Shown here piece by piece: positions 1 through 11,900 of a stretch of DNA of 58,183 nt. The stretch comes from a virus (taxonomy: Duplodnaviria > Caudoviricetes), in IMG/VR virus record IMGVR_UViG_3300008219_000008, positions 1 through 58,183 of that record; one strand, written 5' to 3'. Position 1 is the stretch's first letter, and every line of letters starts with the position of its first letter. A program made the translations under genes and the position numbers. The notes beneath the pieces were generated by a model, which searched no databases, was not told the DNA's origin, and saw only the letters and a program-made list of their open reading frames with translations.

Positions 1-2
1 AA

Positions 3-1196
3 TAGAACAGGATAGATTTCCTCATTATCTTGACCCTCAAAGTAGAGATCTTCAAGAACCTGTGGAAGTATATATCTTGCCGCCTCCTTAGGGTCGTGGA
101 AGCGATTTTCATCGGTAATACCTTCCATGATAGCATACTGACCACCTGTGTACATGCAGACCATAAAAGCAGCTTTCGAAATAGCTATCAATAAAGATGA
201 TGGTACTGCAGCTAGCTTAAGCCACTTGCCATCTCCCCAAGATAGCTCTTTCATAGCATTACAGAAAGCTTTGTGAGCTGGTTCAAACTGTGGACTATTA
301 GTTGCTACTCTTTTGAATACTTCTCTGCAGCGTTGTAACCACAGTTGAATAGTATAACCAGAGCCAGACATATCTTTCCAGATACGGAATGGAGTGAACC
401 CAGTAGTATCTACCAAGTGGTAACTATAAATGTCACTTAACATAATCATAGCATCGCCTGGTTTCTTTCCGTTCTTAGCCATTTTTTGTAACCACTTAAC
501 AGGATCCGCTAAAGATTCAGCTCTAACAGATTTGTTTAAGCCTTGGTCAGTAAGGTGTGCCTGAAGTACGTGTTTGCCTAAACGTGTACATCTGCGATTA
601 ACGCCTGTTGCAATAGCTCGACAAGCCTTGTTATAAGGCAAGCATGAACCCTTACTATCGGGGTGTGTACGAGCAGCGTTCTCTATGGTAGTAGCAAAGA
701 TATGCCATTCGTTGAAACCTTGACGGTCCAATTCATCCATAGCACGACCAGGGAGAAACCTTTCTCCTGCTTTTACGCTCATAGTCTCACGGAACTCTTC
801 CGCAACACCACGAATAAACGGATCGTTAAAATGTGGTACATTAATTAACGACTGACAGCCATCCACTGCTAGCTGTGGTGGTTCTAATCCCCACCAGTGA
901 CTAACAGTTAATGCTGTTTCTGGATCATCTAATGATACGGGAGTATCGCTAGTTAATCCTGTACGTAGAACAACAGTGCCGTTTACAATACTATCAGCAT
1001 TAGCTATACCCGTATATTTAAGTATAGCATCATCTACTCCAGCTATTGTAACTGCTTTGTTTCCAGACGAAACACAGGTGTCGAACACAGTGTTTCTCAT
1101 TTGTTGGACTCGAGTCGCCGGGTCCTTGGTAAAGAACTGCCATTTAACTTTAAAGGCAGGACATACACGCGTGATGGCTTCTTTCAATGTAATCAT
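3..1196 (-). CDS. Early hypothetical protein, at least 398 aa, truncated at the left edge (missing from the ORF track)
   Basis: Manual translation from ATG at 1196 (MITLKEAITRVCPAFKVKWQFF...EEIYPVL) stays open to the window edge. RBS AAAGGAGA at 1203-1210. No family recognised. Confidence 0.85.
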   Translation of the reverse strand, partial: MITLKEAITRVCPAFKVKWQFFTKDPATRVQQMRNTVFDTCVSSGNKAVTIAGVDDAILKYTGIANADSIVNGTVVLRTGLTSDTPVSLDDPETALTVSHWWGLEPPQLAVDGCQSLINVPHFNDPFIRGVAEEFRETMSVKAGERFLPGRAMDELDRQGFNEWHIFATTIENAARTHPDSKGSCLPYNKACRAIATGVNRRCTRLGKHVLQAHLTDQGLNKSVRAESLADPVKWLQKMAKNGKKPGDAMIMLSDIYSYHLVDTTGFTPFRIWKDMSGSGYTIQLWLQRCREVFKRVATNSPQFEPAHKAFCNAMKELSWGDGKWLKLAAVPSSLLIAISKAAFMVCMYTGGQYAIMEGITDENRFHDPKEAARYILPQVLEDLYFEGQDNEEIYPVL

Positions 1197-1210
1197 TGGA
1201 AGTCTCCTTT

Positions 1211-1474
1211 CGGATTTGCCACAAGAAAATCTTAAGCACTCGAGCTGTTGAACATACAACAGGGCTTAAGAGTTAGTTTTTTTATGTGCGGGTGAACCAC
1301 ACAGTATACAGTCGGTTTAATACTCTTCCCCTTCTCTTCCATAAGAGTGGGTATGTTAAAGAAGTTCATCCATTGAACTTCATATCCATGCACTCCGAAG
1401 AATGCATGGGTATGAAGCCCCTACGTTGCAAGTAGGGACTGGGCGATTGAACGCCATTGTATAGGCTTACATGG
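1211..1474 (-). ncRNA. Structured intergenic RNA with several hairpins, including a C(UUCG)G-capped stem; possible processing or regulatory element
   Basis: Inverted repeats: 1230-1237/1264-1271 (inner 1245-1250/1257-1262), 1361-1381, 1386-1409 (UUCG loop on the minus strand), 1417-1424/1432-1439. Confidence 0.5.
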
Positions 1475-1735
1475 TCAGCCGTAGCACCAAAAGAAAGTGT
1501 TACCTTCCTTTTGCAACTCAACGAACCTAGTGAGTGGACCGAAAGAATCCTTTTCACCCATGTGCCATCCAATCACGGTGTAACCGAGATCTTCTAGCTG
1601 TGGGTTGAGGATGCTTACTTCGTCTCTTACATACTGTTTCCAGTCAAAAGAATCGAAGTCCAAATCTAGATCCGTGTCGCCTTGCAGCCACACTGGTTCC
1701 ATGTTAGCATATGGATATGGGTTTGACCAATTCAT
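1475..1735 (-). CDS. Early hypothetical protein (86 aa)
   Basis: ORF preceded by GAAAGG and co-oriented with its neighbours. Confidence 0.7.
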   Translation of the reverse strand: MNWSNPYPYANMEPVWLQGDTDLDLDFDSFDWKQYVRDEVSILNPQLEDLGYTVIGWHMGEKDSFGPLTRFVELQKEGNTFFWCYG

Positions 1736-1797
1736 ATGAGCCTTTCATTACGTTTCACACCTCGTCAGGCTTGATGGATAATACCATCACATATAAC

Positions 1798-2472
1798 TTA
1801 CACAGAACCAGGAGGAGAGTTGTTAAAGAAATCGATTTCATCCTGATTGGGATGCTCATCATCTGTCATATCTCCTTGACCATGATTGTTCATGTAGTCC
1901 TGAACCTCTTGGTCTATATCATCATCCTCGTGTATACGACGGAACGCCTCAGCTGCTATATCATCATCTGGCTTGTCATCTGGACTAAGACCCGCCTTAG
2001 ATAGATGTCGTGCAAGCATCTCATGAGTTTCATCACTGAACGAGAGTTCGAGTAAACGCCATTTTCGCTCAGTTTCTATGAGAGCCCGCTTGTCATCTGG
2101 ACTAAGATCCTCCTTAGGATCATAACCCGTAATCTTTGAAGCAGTGTTAGGACCAGCTCCGTACATCAATGCACGTTGATAGTCCTTCTTCATTTGAGCA
2201 GCATCCTTGCTATGCCACGAGTGCATAACATGTGGACAGTCAGCCTTGTTATCTGGCAGATCTGTAGATAGTACCACCAAGAGTAACCAGCCAATGATAC
2301 CAAGGATAGTAAGGGCGATACCAAGGGTAGCGACGATGGTGAATGGCACTGCAAGATCATCTAAAGGATCTGTTAAAGCAATAGTGTTGATAAATATTGC
2401 ACCAAGCACGGTAAGGAACGCCGAAGCGAACACACACAGTAGAGTGATGGTAAATGTTTTTGACATTTGCAT
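1798..2472 (-). CDS. Early membrane protein with two N-terminal TM helices and an acidic C-terminal tail
   Basis: Two hydrophobic segments and a D/E-rich C-terminus. RBS AAAGGAGG suggests the true start is the second Met (2466). Confidence 0.8.
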   Translation of the reverse strand: MQMSKTFTITLLCVFASAFLTVLGAIFINTIALTDPLDDLAVPFTIVATLGIALTILGIIGWLLLVVLSTDLPDNKADCPHVMHSWHSKDAAQMKKDYQRALMYGAGPNTASKITGYDPKEDLSPDDKRALIETERKWRLLELSFSDETHEMLARHLSKAGLSPDDKPDDDIAAEAFRRIHEDDDIDQEVQDYMNNHGQGDMTDDEHPNQDEIDFFNNSPPGSV

Positions 2473-2490
2473 CCTCCTTTCATAGGGTTG

Positions 2491-2560
2491 TTAGTCTGTC
2501 TCATCAGTGCAGTGTGACTAATCACTACAGACTCAACGGCTCACGCCGTTGAGTTTCGAC
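2491..2560 (-). ncRNA. Type II hammerhead self-cleaving ribozyme with a loop-I pseudoknot
   Basis: Minus strand reads GUC-GAAA-CUCAACGGC-GUGA-GCCGUUGAG-UC^UGUAGUG-AUUAGUCA-CACUGCA-CUGAUGA-GAC-A-GACUAA. Both core boxes are intact, stems I, II and III pair, the cleavage triplet is GUC, and loop-I UUAGUC pairs with the 3' GACUAA. Confidence 0.93.
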
Positions 2561-2806
2561 TTAGAATTTATTGCGGCACGAAAGATAGCCATCCTGATCA
2601 ACAGAGTAGACACAGTACAGTATGCCTTGCTTGTTGATTTCAGGATGGAAGCGACCAACCTCTGCGTATTCAAGAACACCTCGAGTAAGCACTGCAGCCT
2701 GTGCTTCTGCCATCGCTTCTGCAATGGTGTCGTATTGTTCTGTTTCTTCGCCGGTTGACTCTGGGTGAGTGTGCTCTGGACGCATAACTAGGGTAACGTA
2801 AAACAT
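2561..2806 (-). CDS. Early hypothetical protein (81 aa), probably the first gene after the genome end
   Basis: RBS AAAGGAGA 5 nt upstream of the ATG. Its stop codon abuts the hammerhead. Confidence 0.8.
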   Translation of the reverse strand: MFYVTLVMRPEHTHPESTGEETEQYDTIAEAMAEAQAAVLTRGVLEYAEVGRFHPEINKQGILYCVYSVDQDGYLSCRNKF

Positions 2807-2819
2807 GGTTATCTCCTTT

Positions 2820-2911
2820 CAAGAGATTAGGGGGGTGATCCTCAGATGAGGGGTAGGGGGGGTTTTGTCCGCCAACGGACCATTCTTACCCCTGTCCAAA
2901 TTCTCGACCCC
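2820..2911. other. Putative genome terminus or packaging junction with G/C homopolymer tracts and short hairpins
   Basis: G6, G4 and G7 runs (2830-2862), C4 runs, hairpins CCTC-AGAT-GAGG (2840-2851) and GTCCG-CCAA-CGGAC (2867-2880). Lies between the last late gene and the first early-type gene. Confidence 0.45.
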
Positions 2912-5900
2912 TTAGTCGATTATGTCCTCAAGAGCCTCTGGAATCTTACTGTATGGTGCTTGATCCTTCAGCTTAGCTATGGGATCTTTTGTTCTAACAA
3001 GTGTCTCTGGAGCTGACTCTGGAGCTTCAATGGGTTGCTGCTCTGGCTGTTCTCTTCTAACAGGTGCTCCCAGATCTCTGGAGAATTCTGAGACATGCTG
3101 TATACTTGGAAATAGTTCTTTACCACCCTGATGTATCATAGTTTCCCAGAAGTATCCAGATGTAGCGGTTGGTATTCCCTGATGGAATCCTTTGTTACTA
3201 GACATACTTGGTCTTCGTAAATCCATACGACTAGAGAACCAGTTTGCCACTGGCTGAGCTATATCTGGTGCCTCGACATGATCCATCATTAGATAAGCCA
3301 ATCCACGACCCCACGTCTCTCCCAGTATGGGTACATGCTTTGCTAGCGCCAGTAAGTCCTGACCGTATATTGTATTGTTTCCTCCGAAGGCTAAGCCACC
3401 CAAAGCTCCAATACCTTTGTATATATCTTTAGCTATGACCTCAGCTGCACTAGCAGCAATAAACATATTCTGTGAGTTTCCTTTGAATCCTTCGGCTGCT
3501 CTTAAGATACCTTGTGATGCCAGAGCTATTGTACGCCCCAATACAGGAAGCCGAACACCATAGTTAATCAAAGTATTCATTGGTCTTTCTTCCCACTCAT
3601 CTATAAGATCATCATATTTTTGTCCTGCTGATATCCTTAATAGCATCATGTATAACGTATCTAACAACAATAGACCGAAGAGATTAAAGGCATATTTCAT
3701 GGGATGAAATCCAGTACTCTTTCGCACTACGTGCTGAGATACAAACAACATAGGGTATCTTCTAAAGACTTCCCAGATTGCTTCAAAGGGTCCTTGTGAT
3801 GTTGAGCCATCTTCGTTTCTGTGACCTGTAGTTATATCAAAGGCATTAGGAGAAACCAAGACCTCTTCAATAAACATCTTTTCTGCTTGTCGCATAGATG
3901 TTATAATATCAAGCCCTTGTTTGTATGCTGAAGAGTCTGCTGTCCAGTCGTCCTGTCTATTTACATACTCCATTAACTTAGTTGTACTATAGTAATCTCT
4001 ACCCTCTTTATTGGAGATATCTAAGAACATTTCTACTGATGGACTTTTCATCCCTAACAGATTTGTCTTCTTAGATAGTAATCCACTATTCAGTACATAC
4101 TTAACTAAGTTTAAGTTGAACTTAGGTATCTTAGCTTTTCTCATGTGTCCTAATAGAATCCTATCATAGTTATGATCTTCAGGATCAAGCTCTGCGTCTT
4201 TCATTTCTTCCTGAAGAGAAACTAAATTATTCAGGTGATCGGATAAGAAGAACCTAAATGATATGGCACGACTACCAGCAATACCAGACATTACTTGCTT
4301 AGCTGGTATTAACATTTTATCTCCCCACTGCTTAAGTGCACCAGCCATAAATAACTCTTGAGCTGCGACGGCGGGTTGCTCATAGTCTGTATACCTACCG
4401 TGTGTAATATCTTTAATAGTGTGTGCTAAATCTCTAGCAAGAACTCTGCGTTCTTCTGTGCCCTTTATTAAGTTTCCTGACAGTGGGTGTAGTATAGAAT
4501 TAATAGCTCCTCTCAGATTTCTACGACCTATGCCTTCAGAGAACGAGCTCATCATACCCTCAACCAACATACTGGCAAAGGCTAAGTTAGTACCAAAGGC
4601 AATCTTAGCCAAGTGTGGAGATACTTGTACAGCCCAATCACCTATGATACTGGTTGCTTGACTTCTACGAACAATACCACGAACAACATCGTGCTTAGCT
4701 CTTAGATGCTCAGTACTTTTTACTATAGATTGTCTTTCCTTTTCACTCATTCTAGAACCATCAGCATGTCTATAACCCCCACCAATCGCATCGAAGGCTC
4801 TTTCTATTAGATTCAATAAGTCATTATAAGTACCTATGACACCAAACTCATTTAACATAAGTTCTTGTTCTAAGATAATATCACCTGTTGACTTCTTGTG
4901 CGTCTCGACAATAGTAACAGGATCAGTAACAATATGCTTCATAACTTCATCATTATGGACTAGATCACTGATCTTAGGTACAGCCCAAGATTCATTTGGG
5001 TGATATAGACCTTGAGATGCTTTGTGTAAAAAGTTAAAATAATGTAAATCCATAGCTGTCTCTAGGTTGTTTGATCCCTCTCTATTAAACTCAATCCTAC
5101 TACCCTTTTTAGGATTATAGAATATATGATATGGTACATCGAATCCTAAAGCATTCAAGCTTCGTATCCTAGCTGAGTTCTTTGTACCATTTTTGATTGC
5201 ATCAAAATACTCGGATCTTGTAGAGTCCTTCTCTGTTATTCCCAGTTCATCCCAAGTAAGTTTACCTAGAGCCATCTCTCTCATCATAGCCAATATACCC
5301 TTACGTAAGCTAGTGTGTGCCAGCTTAGCTTCCTTAGTATAGAACTCAGTAATGCCATCACTACGTGTATCTGTAGAATTTAGAGTATCTTTAAATATAT
5401 TTCTTTTCTCTTGCTTAGTTGTTTCAGACTCTTTATCATAGGAACTACTCTCTAAACTTAGAACCGTATCTATCAATTTTTGGTATATCTTTGGATCTGA
5501 GGACTCCAGTGCCAAGAACTCTGTTATTCTTTTTAACGTATCTGATAAATTGGGTATCTTACCTATGAAATATAAAGTAATTGGATCTATCTTCTCTTGT
5601 TCAGACATAAGTCTATGTGAAATAACGTTCTTCATATTTTCACTGAAGCTTTCTATAGAGTCTGTAGTTACATTCTCGTTTAACATATATGGAACAGCAG
5701 CCTTAAAGCCTTCTTTATACTGCCCCATCTCTACACCTAAGTGAATAAAGTAATCCAAAGACTTTCTAAAAGACTTAGCATACTGAATAATCTCTGCGTG
5801 TATCTCTTTAGTCTTTAACATAGGATCCATTAATGAGATATCATTTACATCGAAATCACCACCCATATCTGCTAACTTAAACACTTGAACATGTATAGCC

Positions 5901-8900
5901 TTCTCTGCTTCTTTACGCTGCTTCCTAGGAAGATTATCTAGAGATGCTACTAAGTTTTTGATATTAGCAGAGTGTACCATCAGGGTATCAGATTGTAGAT
6001 TAATTTTTTCTAGTGCTGCTGTAACAGAAGGAGCTCCCTCAAGATTATTAAAGTCTCCTGTGGTATGTACGACTCTGTTATCTAACAGTGCTGATGCCAT
6101 CATAATTAGTAGAACGTGGGAATTATACGTATAGTTAGCACCAGTAGCTCCTATAGTAGAGCTGACTAATCCTTGTCCTAATCTATTACCGCCCCCTTCC
6201 TTTTTTACCATTGATGATATCTTCTCTAGGAACTTCCTAGCACCCAGCCCAACCCCGCCAGTAACTGGCTGTCCGTATCTTGTCAATAGTTTACCCAGCA
6301 TAATTTCTACGGCAGCAGCAACCAATGTTCTATCTTGATATTCAGATTGCACAAGTCCGTGTATATCTAATTGGTCATTTGTATAGAAGCCATATTCTGT
6401 TAACGTATTCTTACCCTTATGGAAATCATACCTAGTAATACCACTGGTCATAACATGATCTTCAGCATGATTACCCGCTATCCTTAATCTATTATCTAAG
6501 TCCATAATCCTTTGATCAATTTCTTTCTTGCTATTTGTTCCAAAGAAATCCTTTACTCTTTTGGTGTGGTCAGCTAGTTCTGCATCCTTCATAATACTTG
6601 AGTCTTCCAGTACAAAGAATCTTTCACGTTGCTGTTTCAGCTTTATTAACTCGTTTATCTTTTCCATATAAACAGCATCATCTCTTAGCTCAACATCATC
6701 AATTTTCATCTCTCGTACTGGAGAAATAAGTTCCATACTCATCTCACTGATGTCTCCCCTGTTAACAATAGGAGCTCTTGAGTCTTTATATCTATTATCA
6801 TGCCCTAAGATTCTTTCGTTCATCTCAGTTACTTTTTTATATAATTTTGGATTACTTTCTTCAAACTGTGTAAAGACACTGTGTAGTCTAACAAAAGTAT
6901 TTCTTACATAAGACATAACTTTTTGCATTAAAGTCTGTGCTCTCAAACTTACATTTGTCTCTCCTTCAGTAAGATCTAAGTATGGACTGATTTCATTTAG
7001 TAGATGAAACTGAACCATACCCGCTATGAATTCCATGGGTTCACTATTAAGATGATTAAGATATTCTCTAGAAGCCACTGTCTCTCGACCACCAAACCAA
7101 GCTGTAACCATTTTCTTAAGATAAGACTTACCGTCTTTACTAGCCATAAGCGTTTGCCAATCTGTTGTCATCTGCCCATCTCTTAAGAATTTCATTGTAG
7201 CTATGTGAGCAAATTCGTGTGCCAGTGTAGCAATAATAACATCCGAAGATGCCTCTGTATCTTTTATCTTATTACCGATAGCCAGGATATAGGAGTCACC
7301 TTCTTTTCTAGCCGTCATAAACTTAGGTTTCTTGTTATCATATTCTAATTGAATGTCTTCAATACTTAGTTGATTATATGTATACATTCTTATTATAATC
7401 GCTCTAATAACTTTACCTGCTCCCTCGTTTAAGATACCTTCAGCACCCTCAGGATCTGTCAGTTTATTGATTTGGTCATTAAGGCGAACCAAGTGAGGAT
7501 TACCTTTAGTCATTGCTATAAACTCTTTAAATTTATTGCTAGTCTTAGAGTATTCACCTGCGTCAATCTTATTACCATCGGGTCCAAGAATAGTTGAGTC
7601 ATCAAACCACGCCATTGTATCCTCAGAATGTTCATTGATATCTGTGCCTACAGCTAAAGCAAGACCGATCTCAGCTAACATTCGTTGCTTGTCATCCAGT
7701 GTGTGTTTCTTCTCTATACTAGCTAAGAAATCAGGAACGGGATTCTTTGTACCTGGCTGTTGCCAGAGGAATTCCCTAGCATGGGCGTACCAAGGATTCA
7801 ACTGCCAGTCTCCCTTGGCATCGAATAGTATACTTAGTCTACGATATCTACCTTCTGCTATATCTCTTTCCTTTGTGACAAACGTTTCATGGAATGGTTC
7901 AATCATAATTTTATCTAAGTTATGAGCAACCTGAGGATCTCCTTCTGCGTCTATTCTATTTGCCAATAGTAATAATCTCGCTATCGTTCTAGAGTTATCT
8001 ACTGGATTCTCCTTTACTGCTTCTATATCTTTCCTAATTTCCTCAACAGTCTCTCTTAGTTCTTTCGATACATCTGTATCAAAGGCTGCTAAGCCCTCTA
8101 CATTGATTCTCTCAAGCATTCTTAAGACTGGTAAAAGGTGTACTTCTATTCCTGAGTAAGTAAATCCTTCTGCCCCTAGTCTGTATTGCTGTAAGTTCAA
8201 TACGTCTATTGGGGCTCCGTCTATGGAACCATATATATCTGCAGATTTGTTATATTTTTTAACAGCATTCTCTCTCATGATTGCTTCTAGGGCATCTGAT
8301 GTAATGACTTGATCTCTAGTTTCTCTGTGCATACTGAAACCAAGTGCTGAATCTAAAACTTCCTGAGGAGCTCTATCTAGAACCATATTATTATCTTCAT
8401 CAAAGGTAACACCTAAACTTTTCTTAAGGTGATAAGCAAGATTTACTCTTTGTAACGCTGGGTTATTAGAGTTCAATACAAATAACATCAAGGCAGAATC
8501 TATTGACAAAGCAAGCTTGACTTGTTTTCCTTTTATCTTTCGTCCTGCTACTGTTAGCATTCCAAACATTGTATTACGCAAGTTAAACTCTGTTGCCGTA
8601 GTTCTACCATGAACTTGTCTTACTGCTTTTATTTTATTCTGCATAGACATCGCAGCCTTATCTCGGATATTCTTTGGCTTAGTTGTCAAGTCCATCAAGT
8701 GAGGTATTAAGTCAAACTCTAAGTTTGTACCACCTTCTTCTTCTGCTTTATATAGAGCTGCGTCTACTAAGTATAGCTGTTCATCTTCAGTAAATAATCG
8801 CCATGACTCAGGATCTTTCCAATATTTTTTATCCTTATACATCTCAGCTTTCTTTGCTAGCTTATCTCGTTGATCTTTGGGAGCGTGTTCTATCCAAGTA

Positions 8901-11900
8901 CCATCCCTTAAAATCTCTCCAATATAGGATTGGAACAGTATAGACATGAGCAACTGGTTAAAGTCGTGTCCCTGAATAACCGATGAAATATAATGCAAGT
9001 CTTTGTATAAGATACTATCCTTAGGTACTTCTTTACCGTCTACAGAAAGTATTATATTCTCGGCAGCCAGTGGTCCCACTACTAACTGATCGTGTAAATT
9101 AGTTCTAGAGAATAAATGAGGTTTATTATTATATAGACCAGGAACAGATGTTAGAATCTCACTCATCTTCTTATCAGCAAAATCAGGATCAACAATAGCC
9201 ATTGGGAATCCTTCAGACTCTAGCTTCAGTGGATCAACCTCAGTCTCTGTTATAGTTCTCGAAAGGTCACTGATCTTATGATAGCCATCGATCCATCTCA
9301 TTCTATATATCTCTAATTCTTGAGGAGACAATTCTTTATCAAAGCTTTTCTTTTCTCTAGTAACTATTGCTTGTCTAAGTTTATCAGCCATCATTAAATG
9401 GTAGAAGTATGGCAAAGCCTCTGGTCTCTTATTTATAGCATCTACTAAACCTATAGGTTCAGCCCAAGCGAGCATCTCTCTCCGTATGGATACAGCCCTT
9501 CGTCCAACTTCTCCAGTATCGGCTAACAATCTATTTTCTTCTATAGAGAAAGGAAGAGGGTTTGGTAAGTTATCAACTTTCCACGGTATAGGCCAACCTA
9601 AGAATGAGTCTGGCATCATAGCTTCTGCATCAGTAGCTGGCTCAATAGCCATTAGATCTTGGTACTCTCCTATTGCATCTTTGATTTCTTTTTTAATAGA
9701 AAGTCGTTGCAATCGAATAACGCCTTTTCGATAATACGAGTGTTGTTTATACGGAGCCTGTAATGCTAATGGACCTCTTGGGTGCTCATTAGCGGTTAGT
9801 ATATGACCATCCTTAGCTACTCTATGATAATCAATTTCACTGGGTGAGTATTGTAATAAAGGAGACATGGTTTTACTAGCAACTTCCTTACTGAAGACAC
9901 CACCAAGAACAGCTTGTCGTAAGTTCAATAGACCTACTAGATTGTTATTCGCAAAGAATTTCTCTTCTAGTGCTATCTGACTTTCAACAATTTCTGGTCT
10001 GGTTCGGGAATCGGTATCCCAGTCTTTGTAGAAGGATTGGATTAAGTCTATATCATTGTCTTCTGCTCTATAATCTGCAAAGGGTGGTGGAGCAAACTCA
10101 GCATACTGCATTAATTCGTGTTGTGTCAAGACCTGTTCCAAGTGTTCATCAAAGTTTGTTACGGAATCATAAGGATTATTCTCTAGATCCAACATACCAA
10201 ATGAATCTCTATTATCCTTATCTTCTGTGTACTGTAAGAATATTTCTTGTCTTTCTTCTAGAGTAACCTTAGATACATCACCACCATACTTATTATCAGC
10301 TATGGTTTGCATATCTTCTTCAAGTTTATTAACCCACTTATCTGGTTCTACTGCTACTCTTTCTAACCACATACCCTGTTCATTCATACCACGACCAGCA
10401 GTATCTCTAAAGGATCGTGTAGATCCTGATGACGGTAGTGCTGTAGTATATATTAAGTAATCCTTAATACCAGCCCAGTCACCTTCATCCCACATCTCCT
10501 CAAGACCTAGTAGAGTCATAAGATCACCCATACGCTTAACATTAAATTTCTTTGCACTAGCGTTGTGTATGTTCAGTGCTCTAAAGTATCCCATAGAACG
10601 ATAAAGCTGTCTTCCTTTTTCTCTTCCTTCCTTAGTATCTATATCAACACCCATCATTATCATTTTCAGGGTTTCCCATTCTGGAGTATTTGGGATAATC
10701 CTATCCCATCCCTTTGCTTCTAAGGTATCATTTATGAATTTAGTAGCTCTATCTATTCTTGGCTGATACTTCTTCTTAGTACGCTTAATAGAATCTGGTG
10801 TTGGCTGCTTGGTATTAGGATCTATACCATAATCTTTCTGTGCCAGTCTTTGTATAATACCTTCCATTTGTTTTTCTAAAGACTCTAGACGATATAACGG
10901 ATTATCATCGCCTATAGTAGGATTGTCATACACCATCTCTAGTGTATCTTTCCACTGCTGTGTAGTCATATCATTGGAGTTCATCTCCAGAAGCTCTAGA
11001 ACCTTTCCATATAATGCTGGACTTAATCCTAGTGCTACTTCAATAACAGACGAAACTTGTCCATGTGACTTTTTAACTATTGCTCGTCCATAGTTATTTA
11101 TTTCATCTTCTGTAAACTTTACACCTTCGTCTTTGAATGCTCTCTCTATTCCAATGATTGCTATTATACCGTCTGGCATATTGGCAGTTACACCTGTTCG
11201 TGCTTGTGCTAATATCTTTGTATTAAAGTCTTGTTGGAATGCACCAAAGCCGCCTTGATAAACCTTACGCATAGTTGGAATCTTAAATAATTCTCTCAAT
11301 GCTTTTAGTTGTTTAACTCTTTTAGAATCTCCCGAAGTTTCTGCTGCCTCTACTTCTGCATTCCATTCTGAGATTGATTTAATGTGTTTAATCCCCTCGA
11401 ATACATGTAGGAATGTATTGACTCCAGCAACATTTTCATCAAATAAATGATTCTTTGATCCGATACCCCCAGCAATATAAAAATCTTCCTTGTTATTTTT
11501 AAAGTGTGCCTCGATAATTCCTTCTACTGCGTTACCATCTTCATCAATGAAACCATTTTCAATTTGGTCTATCAACTTAGGAACCCTAGTGTCTCTAGCC
11601 AAAGATAATAATTTAAGTCCAACTAAAGCATTAAAGTTTCTATCGTCTCTAGAAGATTTGGAAAACATAACATCAACAGCATCCTTTCCATACTCCTCTT
11701 CCCAAGATTTAATTACTCGATGTGATTGTTTAACCAAAGAACGAGTTAGTCCACTAAAGTTAACAGGAGCCGTAGCTTCAATTGCTAGTATCATTCCTAT
11801 TTGATTAAACGGAACAATCATCTTAGAGCCAGCAGTAAGCTGTGAAAGCCATGTTGCCTGTCCCATAGATGTACCATCTGCAAAGTTAATTATAGTATTG

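Noticed and set aside
1276-1303. Hairpin with an adjacent T7 run as an intrinsic terminator
   Set aside because: The T run is 5' of the stem on the plus strand and reads as an A run after the stem on the minus strand, which is the wrong geometry either way.
1366-1572. 68-aa minus-strand ORF
   Set aside because: Overlaps the 86-aa gene out of frame, has no RBS, and runs through a hairpin-dense region better explained as RNA structure.
2830-2862. G-quadruplex
   Set aside because: Only three separate G tracts with one long loop. Possible if the G7 run is split, but not supportable from sequence alone.
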